Below are positions 40,518 through 49,037 of a stretch of DNA of 64,000 nt, in pieces. The notes under the pieces were generated by a model. That model was not told the origin of the DNA. It ran no database searches and worked only from the letters and a program-made list of their open reading frames with translations. Made by a program: the position numbers and the translations under genes. Where the stretch lies: positions 6,301-70,300 of the IMG/VR virus record IMGVR_UViG_3300034103_002674; one strand, 5' to 3'. The first letter of the stretch is position 1; each line of letters starts with the position of its first letter. The DNA comes from a virus.

Positions 40518-40877
40518 TCAGTTAAGCAAGGAAGTGATGATGCCGAGAGATTTGCTTTTCTTCCAGAAGAAACGAGCCTTCTCAATGTCATCAATGCGAA
40601 CACACCACTTATCTTTGCCCCAGGTTTTGTAGGTGTTGCCGTCGCCTGCTTTATCAAGCTTCCAGGTGCGGCAACGAAGCCAAGCGTGCCAGAACTCTCC
40701 GCGAAGCATTTCCACGTCCAGGATCACATCGCTGTTAGGGCCGATGAAGCTTTTAATAACGATGGTGCCAGTGCCGCCACAGGCGAAGCAGTCGCCGTTA
40801 GCAATGTGGGAATAGTGGGGAAGCTTACCAGTGCCGTCGCAGTTGGGGCAGGTGCAATGGTCAATAGTGGTTTGCAT
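40518..40877 (-). CDS. DnaJ-type zinc-finger protein
   Basis: 'CPNCDGTG...CFACGGTG'. Confidence 0.7.
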   Translation of the reverse strand: MQTTIDHCTCPNCDGTGKLPHYSHIANGDCFACGGTGTIVIKSFIGPNSDVILDVEMLRGEFWHAWLRCRTWKLDKAGDGNTYKTWGKDKWCVRIDDIEKARFFWKKSKSLGIITSLLN

Positions 40878-41112
40878 GGTTTGGGAGGCAGGTGGGCTCT
40901 CACCCCTGACGAAATTAAATTTATCTCACCATGGTCCGTTTGCCAAGCCCCAGTGGGGACGGTTTATATATCGTTACAAAAGGAGGGGAGAGGGCTGCGG
41001 GGGCAGCCCTTGGCTAAGTTAGGACAGGCTTCACGAGGCCTGGCTTTAACGACACTTAGTTACCGGTAACGCTCCAATGAAGAAAAATTGGGCGATGCAA
41101 TTGTAAAGGAAA

Positions 41113-42117
41113 TCAGGCGAGAGCCAGGGAATGAGCGCGAGTGAGAGTGGTAGCTGCTTTGCCCCAATAGAGGCTCTCAAGGCGCTTACGAGCAGCTTCC
41201 GTGGAATCTTGCTTGCTACGACCAGCATCGTGAGAGAAATACTCCGTGATGGCCTGATAAGCGCCCCACATGGTGCCTTGCACGCCAGGAATGTCAAAAC
41301 CAATGCCTTCGCCTGCAAATTTGTTTGCAACGGCGTCCCATGCAGAGAGATCTTCTAATTGTTTAGGACGAGCAGTAGTTTTATCGCCACGGGAATCATT
41401 GGTGAAACCTTCTAGTTGGTCTGCAAACACTTGCTGACAGTATTGACGGAATTGCGTTTCTGTGCAGGGCTTTGCTGCCATTGCTTTTAGTTCTTCCAGG
41501 CCACCAGTGAACTGTTGGCGCTGCATGTTGATCATGCTGGGCAGATGTTTGATGAGAGTATTGGCGTTGGCAGTATGACGAATGGAGAATTTCTTAGCTT
41601 TATTTCCTGCAGCAGCACGACCAAGAGCAGCAGAAAGAGTATTTTGACATACCACACGAATGGGGCTAAACATAATTTGGAAAGCCACTGTTCCATCATG
41701 ACTGGTGCAACCAACTAAATATTGGTTGATTTCATCACCTTTGACCACTTCTCCTTCCGCGTTGTTGATTTTTGCAGTGAAGGCAACTTTACGACCTTCG
41801 GAGAGAACAACTACGGCATCCATTGCTGCATCTTCATGAAGGGCTTCTGCAATGCGAATGAGCTGTTCGTTTTGAACAACGGTGTAGCTGTCTTTCTGGA
41901 CGGAGAGAACAGTGCCATTGTCCATGCGAGTGATGGCTTTATGACCAGGAATTTCCAGCATGTCGCTGGTATAGATGGGAGCAGCTTGCACTTCCCAGTC
42001 TGCATTGGCAAGTTTGAACGCTTCACGAGCAGGGAGAGTGTTATCGAGAACAGTGCCTAGCTTGTGCCAGGCAGCTTTACCGTGAAAGAAAGCGCCGGAG
42101 GTGAACTGGTGGCTCAT
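41113..42117 (-). CDS. DUF932-family protein (phage/plasmid)
   Basis: 'AWHKLG...Y.VVQN...SHDG...PIRVVCQNTL...IRHT...GTMWGAYQAITEY'. Confidence 0.85.
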   Translation of the reverse strand: MSHQFTSGAFFHGKAAWHKLGTVLDNTLPAREAFKLANADWEVQAAPIYTSDMLEIPGHKAITRMDNGTVLSVQKDSYTVVQNEQLIRIAEALHEDAAMDAVVVLSEGRKVAFTAKINNAEGEVVKGDEINQYLVGCTSHDGTVAFQIMFSPIRVVCQNTLSAALGRAAAGNKAKKFSIRHTANANTLIKHLPSMINMQRQQFTGGLEELKAMAAKPCTETQFRQYCQQVFADQLEGFTNDSRGDKTTARPKQLEDLSAWDAVANKFAGEGIGFDIPGVQGTMWGAYQAITEYFSHDAGRSKQDSTEAARKRLESLYWGKAATTLTRAHSLALA

Positions 42118-42185
42118 GGGGAGGTTGCGGAGGGCTCGGAGGGTGAGGGGGAGGGCAGTAATCAGGACTGCTCTTAACGAGATAA

Positions 42186-42237
42186 AAATTAGATAAAAAT
42201 GGAGCCAAAGTCAAGCCCCGTTACAAAGCATCACATT
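42186..42237 (-). promoter_or_regulatory. Sigma70 promoter with an adjacent HLR1-like direct repeat
   Basis: TTGACT-N17-TAATTT (42214-42186); GTTACAAA-GC-ATCACATT at 42220-42237. Confidence 0.6.
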
Positions 42238-42488
42238 TGATCCATAATGCCCATAAGGATCTGCTCTGCATAAGCCTTGGCATCACGAAGCTTAGTCAGG
42301 ACTTCATCCCGTTCATCACGAGCTTTATAAAAGGCGTCAGAGCCTTGAGGATAGAAGTCGCGTCCGTTACAAGTGGTGGCAGCCATGGCATCGATGGCGG
42401 CACCTATCGCCTTGTAAGCAGCATGGTATTCAGCGTAAAGCGTTTTACCGCCAGTGCCATTGAGATGGACAGTAGGGATCATGGTCAT
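42231..42488 (-). CDS. Hypothetical phage protein
   Basis: 'PTVHLNGT...NGRDFYPQG'. Confidence 0.65.
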   Translation of the reverse strand: MTMIPTVHLNGTGGKTLYAEYHAAYKAIGAAIDAMAATTCNGRDFYPQGSDAFYKARDERDEVLTKLRDAKAYAEQILMGIMDQM

Positions 42489-42553
42489 GAGAGGAGGCAT
42501 CGCTGCCCGAACACAAGAGAACAATACAGCAAAAAGGCCCCTTGAACGGGGTC

Positions 42554-42570
42554 TGTAACATTTCGTAACA
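42554..42570 (-). promoter_or_regulatory. HLR1 (RpaB)-like direct repeat
   Basis: GTTACGAA-AT-GTTACA on the - strand, upstream of an extended -10 (TGCTGTATTGT). Confidence 0.55.
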
Positions 42571-42571
42571 A

Positions 42572-42775
42572 TTAATGGAGGCTCTCAATGCGGAATGGGC
42601 CAAGGCGGCCCATTCTTAATGCTTTTTCCTTTACAAATTGTTGACTATTAGTTTTAATGTTTTTGATTTTATATAAGCCAGACTCAGGAATTGCTTTAAC
42701 AATGATATATTCTCCTCTCCATTGTTTAAAGCCGAAATCATACAAATCGACAACAAGACCAACGGAGAATTTCAT
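42572..42775 (-). CDS. Small SH3-like hypothetical protein
   Basis: 67 aa 'MKFSVG..V...Y.I.....Y'. Confidence 0.5.
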   Translation of the reverse strand: MKFSVGLVVDLYDFGFKQWRGEYIIVKAIPESGLYKIKNIKTNSQQFVKEKALRMGRLGPFRIESLH

Positions 42776-42963
42776 GAGGACAATAAACGCTTAATGTCTC
42801 GCTCTACATTCTTCAATGCTCGCCAATCAGTGCAGCTTGTGCTGCAAACGAGAGTCTTGCCGGAAAAATGCTTAAACACATAATGCTTGTTCTTTCTATG
42901 AAGAACAAAGCCATGTTGTTTAACAAGCTCAAACAATGCGCGTCTATTATCCTTTAATGCCAT
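42772..42963 (-). CDS. HicA-like small protein
   Basis: 'LVKQHGF.L.RKNKHYVFKH..G....S.S.TDWRA..N'. Confidence 0.55.
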   Translation of the reverse strand: MALKDNRRALFELVKQHGFVLHRKNKHYVFKHFSGKTLVCSTSCTDWRALKNVERDIKRLLSS

Positions 42964-43202
42964 TACAAGAAGCGCCAGATATCGTCTTGCATACTGTCAG
43001 CAAGCGTCAAGAAGAAGGCTTTTGTGCGCTTTGCTGGCTTACTTGCTGGGGCATGCTCAGGGGCTTTATGAACAAGGGCCAGAAGCTTAGAGCGAGCAGC
43101 AGCGCGATCATCACGAGAATAGTTTGACAAAGAATAGCCAGAGCCTTTTACCATGCGAGCAATGGCACGCTGAGAGCGAGTGAGAAAAGGAGTGCGGGTC
43201 AT
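42963..43202 (-). CDS. Hypothetical basic protein
   Basis: 79-aa ORF in the operon. Confidence 0.5.
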   Translation of the reverse strand: MTRTPFLTRSQRAIARMVKGSGYSLSNYSRDDRAAARSKLLALVHKAPEHAPASKPAKRTKAFFLTLADSMQDDIWRFL

Positions 43203-43205
43203 TTT

Positions 43206-43484
43206 TCAGAAGATGAGAGTTTGACCATTAGCCTTGATGCTCAACACGCGCTCACAATCAAACGAGCGCCATGCACCTTCGCCTGCAGTGCGAGCAATGG
43301 TGAAATCACGGCAGCGAATGATAGAAGGCTTCTTTACGGCAGTGCCTGTGCCTTTGATTTCCTTGGTATCGCGAGGATTAAAGCAAAGGCTACGAACAGA
43401 GCCGTCTGCTTTTACAAAGCGCACGTTCACAATGCTGCTACCAGCATTGAAGATGAAGCTTTTGATTTTATCAGTTTTAGTCAT
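43206..43484 (-). CDS. WYL-like / SH3 beta-barrel protein
   Basis: 'VRFVKADGSVR...AWRSF..ERVLSI'. Confidence 0.65.
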   Translation of the reverse strand: MTKTDKIKSFIFNAGSSIVNVRFVKADGSVRSLCFNPRDTKEIKGTGTAVKKPSIIRCRDFTIARTAGEGAWRSFDCERVLSIKANGQTLIF

Positions 43485-43559
43485 TGGAGGAGCCATCGCT
43501 GGCAAAGGACTAGAGAAGGAAAGAAGCCCCCGAAAGGGCTTCCCCGCGTTCCCGAGGGA

Positions 43560-43588
43560 ACAATAGAGCTACTGCACGGCGTTGTCAA
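43560..43588 (-). promoter_or_regulatory. Sigma70-type promoter
   Basis: TTGACA-N17-TATTGT. Confidence 0.7.
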
Positions 43589-43797
43589 GGGGGGCAGAGC
43601 CGCTTTGCGGCTCAGAGCCACGAAGTGGCGCCACTGGAAAGCCATTGGCAATGCGGCAATAGCGTTCTGGGTGGAGCTTGAGGCATTTTGTCAAGCCCTC
43701 TTGATTTGGCACTGTTTGAGGCGCGGCGACAATGGCAAAAGCACCGAGTCCAAAGGCGCAAGTGACAAGCATGAAGGAAGCAAGGTTTTTAGCCATG
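43569..43797 (-). CDS. Small exported protein
   Basis: Signal-like N-terminus followed by 'KCLKLHPERYCRI'. Confidence 0.5.
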
Positions 43798-43800
43798 ATT

Positions 43801-44160
43801 TCAGAGGCGAGCGATACAGACGCGGGCAGTGCCTTGGCTGGGTGAAGCAATCTTTGAGAAGCTGCCATAGGACAAGTCAATCATGCGTCCTCCGTAGTAT
43901 GGGCCGCGATCAAGAATGGTCACTACAGTCTGCTTTCCATTGTCACGGTTCGTTACAAGGAGGCGCGTGCCAAATGGAAGCGATGGGTGGGCAGCAATGG
44001 AGCCGTAGGCGTTAAATCGAGCACCACTAGCGGTGCGTTGTCCGTCGTAGCCATCTCCAACGCCATAGTGAGAGGCTGTTCCGCATTGCCTTGCATGGGC
44101 AGGCGTTGGAAAAAGGGGAGCCAGGAGCAGGAGGGAAAGAAGAAATCGTGAAAGCATCAA
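43801..44160 (-). CDS. rlpA: RlpA-like lytic transglycosylase (DPBB domain)
   Basis: Signal peptide; 'GTASHYG...RTASG.RF....IAAHPSLPFGTRL.V...DRGPY...IDLS'. Confidence 0.88.
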   Translation of the reverse strand: MMLSRFLLSLLLLAPLFPTPAHARQCGTASHYGVGDGYDGQRTASGARFNAYGSIAAHPSLPFGTRLLVTNRDNGKQTVVTILDRGPYYGGRMIDLSYGSFSKIASPSQGTARVCIARL

Positions 44161-44260
44161 GCTGGTGAAAAGAACTAGAGAGGCCCATCGCCCTCGCGGA
44201 CGACAGTCTTACCATTGTGCCATGGTCGTCAAGGGGGTTGCCGGATGCTATGCTTTGAAA

Positions 44261-44478
44261 GCAGTCGGTTCTAGCGGCTTAATTGCTGCTCCTGTCCTTG
44301 GGCGGGCCGTGAGGGTGAACGCTTGACGGTAGTGTGGGCAATGCTGTATAGCTTTGCCAAGGAGCTAGTCATTCTCCTGAGAGGCACACCACCCTTCTAG
44401 GCGAGGAGCTTTCCCCTAGTCGTTGTCAAGCATCGGAGACTGCGCAAGGGAGGGAGGGCGAAAGCCCTCCTTTCTTTG
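44261..44478 (+). ncRNA. Candidate ~215-nt structured ncRNA
   Basis: Extended -10 TGCTATGCT at 44246-44254; nested long-range helices; its own GAAA-tetraloop terminator. Confidence 0.55.
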
Positions 44479-44530
44479 TGCCTATACAAAGCTGGCCGGA
44501 GGTAGGCTATACAAGACCAGCCGATTTTTC

Positions 44531-44731
44531 ATGGAAAGGAAACTTCCTGCAGAACAAGAACGCGAACGTCTTGCGCGATGGCTAGGAAAAGGAGAAGTTT
44601 ACATTCCACCAAGTGAGGAGATGTATGATCCTCGTAATGAAGATGATTTTGATACGTGGTCTGTAGGCATGGAGCCTATTCCTGGCGATCATACATGGGC
44701 AAAAGAAAAGGCTCCTGATGGAGCCTTTTGA
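44531..44731 (+). CDS. Hypothetical acidic protein
   Basis: MERKLPAEQ..., 66 aa. Confidence 0.5.
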   Translation: MERKLPAEQERERLARWLGKGEVYIPPSEEMYDPRNEDDFDTWSVGMEPIPGDHTWAKEKAPDGAF

Positions 44732-44735
44732 TTAA

Positions 44736-44936
44736 TTAGAGATTGTTCTCATAGTCGCTGTGCAAATATTGCCAGCGAAGGAGCGACGGAATGGAAGCTG
44801 GTTCAATGCCCATGTCTTCCAATAAAAGTTCAAACCATTCCGCCATGGTGTCAATCACCTCTACCACCTGCTGATCATCAACTCTCTTGTTAAGAGCCTC
44901 TCCTAGCATTAGTTGAAGCTTGGTAAATTTGCTCAT
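44736..44936 (-). CDS. Hypothetical protein
   Basis: 66-aa ORF. Confidence 0.5.
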   Translation of the reverse strand: MSKFTKLQLMLGEALNKRVDDQQVVEVIDTMAEWFELLLEDMGIEPASIPSLLRWQYLHSDYENNL

Positions 44937-45099
44937 GATTAAATGCCAGTGGCAGCACGATAAAGCTTAAGACACATATCCTCATGCTTTTGTTTCCATA
45001 GTTCAAGACGACTTTCCAATTGCTGGAGAGAAAGCTGTCTGTTTAAACGCTGAGGACGCTCCCAATCAAGATCAGGATCGTTTTCATATTCTCCGTAAA

Positions 45100-45306
45100 T
45101 CATTCTTCATCCTCCGGAAATTCAAGGTCAATGCGTTTAATGTTTACGCAATAATCAATTCCTGCATGTTGCTCCACTTCGCCTCTTATGCGTTCTGTGA
45201 AAGCAAAGATTTCTTCTGCAGTGACGCGCCTGCCAAAATCAATGGCAAGTTCAATGTAGGAATAATCGCGAATAGCTTCTTGGTTTTTAAGTAAGCCCAT
45301 GTTCAC
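45100..45306 (-). CDS. Hypothetical protein
   Basis: 68-aa ORF. Confidence 0.5.
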   Translation of the reverse strand: MNMGLLKNQEAIRDYSYIELAIDFGRRVTAEEIFAFTERIRGEVEQHAGIDYCVNIKRIDLEFPEDEE

Positions 45307-45638
45307 AAAGCTCCTTCTTTGACGGCACGTGCATAAGAAAGCAGATATTCTTCCAGATCTGCGCCAGTAGGAGCTTCTTCGACAAGGGCTTCATGATCTT
45401 TCTTGTGATGCTGCAATGCGGCTTCAAATACGTAGCGAATCGAATTAAGAGCTATTTGCTGGACAACATTAGGCTCTTCATCAGCAGCCTTTTCAAGCGT
45501 ACAGATAAATTCTTGTAGCTCTTGAAGGCTGATATTGACATTCACCATGGGAGAGCCGAGGCTCATCACAAGATTGTTGCCATGAAAGGCGCTAATTCCG
45601 CCTTCTTCGCCTAACCAATGATAGAACCTTGTAGTCAT
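45303..45638 (-). CDS. Hypothetical protein
   Basis: MTTRFYHW..., downstream of the promoter and HLR1-like site at 45683-45734. Confidence 0.55.
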   Translation of the reverse strand: MTTRFYHWLGEEGGISAFHGNNLVMSLGSPMVNVNISLQELQEFICTLEKAADEEPNVVQQIALNSIRYVFEAALQHHKKDHEALVEEAPTGADLEEYLLSYARAVKEGAL

Positions 45639-45709
45639 TGCCTTAAAGAGAAAGGGCATGCAAGCTCTCGCCCGCATGCCCTGTAGTATGCCGCCTGTCG
45701 TGACCGAGG

Positions 45710-46150
45710 TCAAGCGTTGTAACAATTCTTTACAGAGCCTGCCCTTTCCCGGAGTTCTAGCGTGGTCCGATAAGCGGCCTTGTGGCTTGGCAATGGCTTG
45801 TCCCGCCATTTAGTAGCAATGCAGTGGCAAGCGCCCATGGGCTCTAGCACGGCATGCCTGTTGGTCCTGTCAAGCAGAATTTGCAGGGCCTGACGTTTCC
45901 GCTTTGTAAGGTCAGGCTCTGGCTCTTCGATGCCAACGCGGGCGTAATCTGCTAGCTCAGACAAATCGTCTAACGAATTGGTGGTAATCACGAAATGGCG
46001 TCCGCGATGCTGAGCTTTGTTCCATGCAGGGTGGATGTTTTCTGCTGCTAGAGCTTTGGCATCTTCCTGAAGTTCAGGAGGAAGCACAATGTGAACTGTG
46101 GGCGCCAATGGCGTGCCTTCAACAATAAAGGAAGGCTGATGCGTGTCCAT
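45710..46150 (-). CDS. Hypothetical protein
   Basis: 146-aa ORF. Confidence 0.6.
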   Translation of the reverse strand: MDTHQPSFIVEGTPLAPTVHIVLPPELQEDAKALAAENIHPAWNKAQHRGRHFVITTNSLDDLSELADYARVGIEEPEPDLTKRKRQALQILLDRTNRHAVLEPMGACHCIATKWRDKPLPSHKAAYRTTLELRERAGSVKNCYNA

Positions 46151-46493
46151 GAAGAATCAATGGAAAAGGAATTCACGGCTTTTGAAGATAACAAGCACAT
46201 TGCCCCACTTGCGATGTGGAGCAAAGGCATAAGAGCCCATGCTGTTTTGCCAACTGATAGAAAGAGGGCCGAACCATGCACTGCCCCAATCACTAGCGCA
46301 AACTAGGCCAATGAAATCATTCATGGCAATTGTTCTGGAACATCTTCAGGAAGAGGCTTGATTTCTTCAATTAAGGCAATCTTAATATCAGGGCGTATTG
46401 CAAGCATAAAATGTTCAGCTTGCTTAGCAGAAATAGCTCCCAATGCAATAGTTTTACCTTCGGAAGTAGTTATCTTCCAAGTACGACATGGTG

Positions 46494-46925
46494 TCATAAT
46501 TCTTCCTCAATGTGTTCAAGAATGGCTTGAGAGAGTTCTTTCTCCAGCATAATTTTCCAATCTTGATCACCGCCGAGACTTCCCACTTCACAGATGAGAT
46601 GGAGACTGTCTGAAATGCGTGTGGCGTCCATCATGCAAGCAACGGCCTCTGGCATTTGACCAGTGGCGAACAGATCTTCTGCTGCTTCCGTATGGGCCTC
46701 AAACCATTTGCCAAGGGCGAACAGCGCCACTTGCCGGTAGGTCTCATCGCCATAGCGCTCCAGGAGCTTTTCAATGCTCTTATGAAGCTTCGGTGGAATG
46801 CCTACAGTGCCATGGTCAGCCAAGTGGGGAGCAATGGAAGCGGAGATGGCATCACGCTTGCTTTGCTTGGCTGCAGCAGCCTCTCGCAGGAAGGCTTCAG
46901 CAGTGGAGAAGGTGAAATCAGACAA
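46494..46925 (-). CDS. Hypothetical protein
   Basis: 143-aa helical ORF. Confidence 0.6.
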   Translation of the reverse strand: MSDFTFSTAEAFLREAAAAKQSKRDAISASIAPHLADHGTVGIPPKLHKSIEKLLERYGDETYRQVALFALGKWFEAHTEAAEDLFATGQMPEAVACMMDATRISDSLHLICEVGSLGGDQDWKIMLEKELSQAILEHIEEEL

Positions 46926-46970
46926 GAGAGGAAGGCAACAATGACAGTGTGCCTACGCTAGCGGCGCTTG

Positions 46971-47720
46971 TCAATAGTCGTCCTTATTAATTGTTTGTAA
47001 AGGAATGGCTTCAGGCCATTCCTCTTTCTCTGGTTCTGCATCGAAGCTCACTTCCGCCGATGCAGGCAAAGAATTCTTCCTGCGTTCCTCAGTGGCATTT
47101 GCTTCTTTTTCTTTTGCAATGGTGGTAGAAAGATCCTTCAGGAATTTCCTGTAGGAATTGTCTTGTTGTGATTCTTGTTTGATTTCATTGAGACCAAGAA
47201 GCTTGGCCTGTTCAACGAGAGAGTTCTTTGCCACATTAAGAAACGATGCGTCGCCAGCACTTTCTTCAATCTTGATCATTTCTTTCCCGCCATCGTCACC
47301 GCCTTCCATCATTGTTATCACGCGCTTTCTTTTGCTCTTCTCAAAGCTATCCAGAGCTAAGTCTTTTAAGTCCATTTGCTCCTTTAAAAGACGTGCGCGA
47401 TGCACGTCTTGATTCTTGAGAATTTCTTCTGTATATAACTGCCTGTTGTGATGCCTATCTCCATTAACTGTTTCTTTGCTTAGTTTTAGAACATTTGCAA
47501 TTTGACGATTGCTCATCTTTGCTGCAAGAAGCTCTTGCACCATCCACCTCCTAAGACCAAGCATTTCTTTGGAATAGCCAGCAGAACCACGCCCGCCATT
47601 TACTTCGGTTTCTCTTACTGCTTCAAACTGCGTCAAGCTTACGCCTGCTTTTTTCAATGCATTAGCAGCATATTCAAGCTCTTCTTCTGGGGATGTAAAT
47701 TCAATCTCAGGCTTGGCCAT
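46971..47720 (-). CDS. HTH protein, candidate terminase small subunit
   Basis: 'MSNRQIANVLKLSKETVNGD' HTH, then 'GDASFL...QAKLLGL' oligomerisation-type helices. Confidence 0.55.
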   Translation of the reverse strand: MAKPEIEFTSPEEELEYAANALKKAGVSLTQFEAVRETEVNGGRGSAGYSKEMLGLRRWMVQELLAAKMSNRQIANVLKLSKETVNGDRHHNRQLYTEEILKNQDVHRARLLKEQMDLKDLALDSFEKSKRKRVITMMEGGDDGGKEMIKIEESAGDASFLNVAKNSLVEQAKLLGLNEIKQESQQDNSYRKFLKDLSTTIAKEKEANATEERRKNSLPASAEVSFDAEPEKEEWPEAIPLQTINKDDY

Positions 47721-48176
47721 TACGCAGTTCTATTCTCTAACGAATTGTATCTCCTTTTCCATGGAGAGAACGAACAAACAATTCAGTGAAGCGTTCCATT
47801 GTTGCAGTGGCAATGCTTGCTGGATAGCCATCAATGGCTTCTTTCAAGCTAAATAGCTCTTGCCATTCTTCTTGCGAAAGCTCTTCTTCTGACGATGCAG
47901 GGAAAATGGTCATAGCAAAAGGGGCGCCTCAAGCGCCCCGTTCTAGAAGATCAATGATACTGCCAAAAAGCTTGATCCATCAAGGCATCTAGCTCAACCA
48001 AACGCTTAGGGCAATACTTCCTTACAAACTCCTCCATTTCTCCATGGAAGGAACTGATGATTTCTGCATAGGCAGCGTCAAGCCCAGCAGGAACTAGCTC
48101 TTCGTCTGTTTCGCGACGATAAGCAACCGCCATGCAAGATTTGGGGCTCTCGCAGTATTCGTTTTTTATGGCTCCT

Positions 48177-48460
48177 TCATTCTGCATCGCCTTGCTCCTG
48201 AGCGGCAAAGCCACTATCAATCAGCTTTTCAATTTCATGCAGGCTAGAGCGCCAATGGCGCTCTCCATTATTATCCCGTGCTCCGTAAAGCGTACGGGCC
48301 GCTGGTTGCGGCCCTTTCCTAGGAGAAGAAAAGCCATAGTGAACAATTGGCAAAATTTCAGTGCCGTTATGTTCAAGCAAAGGCAAGTGGTCAACTGTTC
48401 GTGGAGCGTTAAGCATTGTTAGGAGAAATTCCTTCGCAATACTAAGGAGGGTTTTGTTCA
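48177..48460 (-). CDS. Hypothetical protein
   Basis: C-terminal part of the 180-aa ORF; the start is uncertain. Confidence 0.45.
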
Positions 48461-49037
48461 TTGAAGGCTTCTTTGCCTTAAGTAATGAACGTTTCGCCCT
48501 TTGGGGGCTCCACTCTGGCTTGAGCGGCATTGCGGGAGTGTTTGGTCTTGTGCAGGCTTTTGTTCTTTTTAGGGAATCTTGGCCTGCTGGACTGAACGCT
48601 CCGCCCTTTGGGGGGCTCCGCTCTGGCTGGTGGCCATGCCTGAGGAGGCTAGAGAGCCGAGCACTGGATTTTTGGGTGCGCTCGGGACTTTCCGTAACCA
48701 TTCTATGCACGGCCACCAAATTTTCACAAGAGGGTCAGTCATGAAAGCGTCACAACATAAAAAAGCGGCCCTCAGGCCGCGCGCTCATTCTTCATCATCG
48801 TCTTTTTCTGCTGCAATTTCCGCTTCCATCTCAGCGAAGAATCGTTCGATTTCAGCTCCCGTCGCAAGCACAAGCGGCGCTACAGGCGCCGCGCTCTCGC
48901 TATTGTCCCAAATAATTTTCATGATTCACAATATTCTTTCCTCCATCGTAATTAAAAAGCTAAACTATTGAAAGCCGCTCGCTACGGTAAGCGGCAGGGA
49001 GGCTGTGAAATAGAGCCTCCCTCCTATTGCGAGAGAG

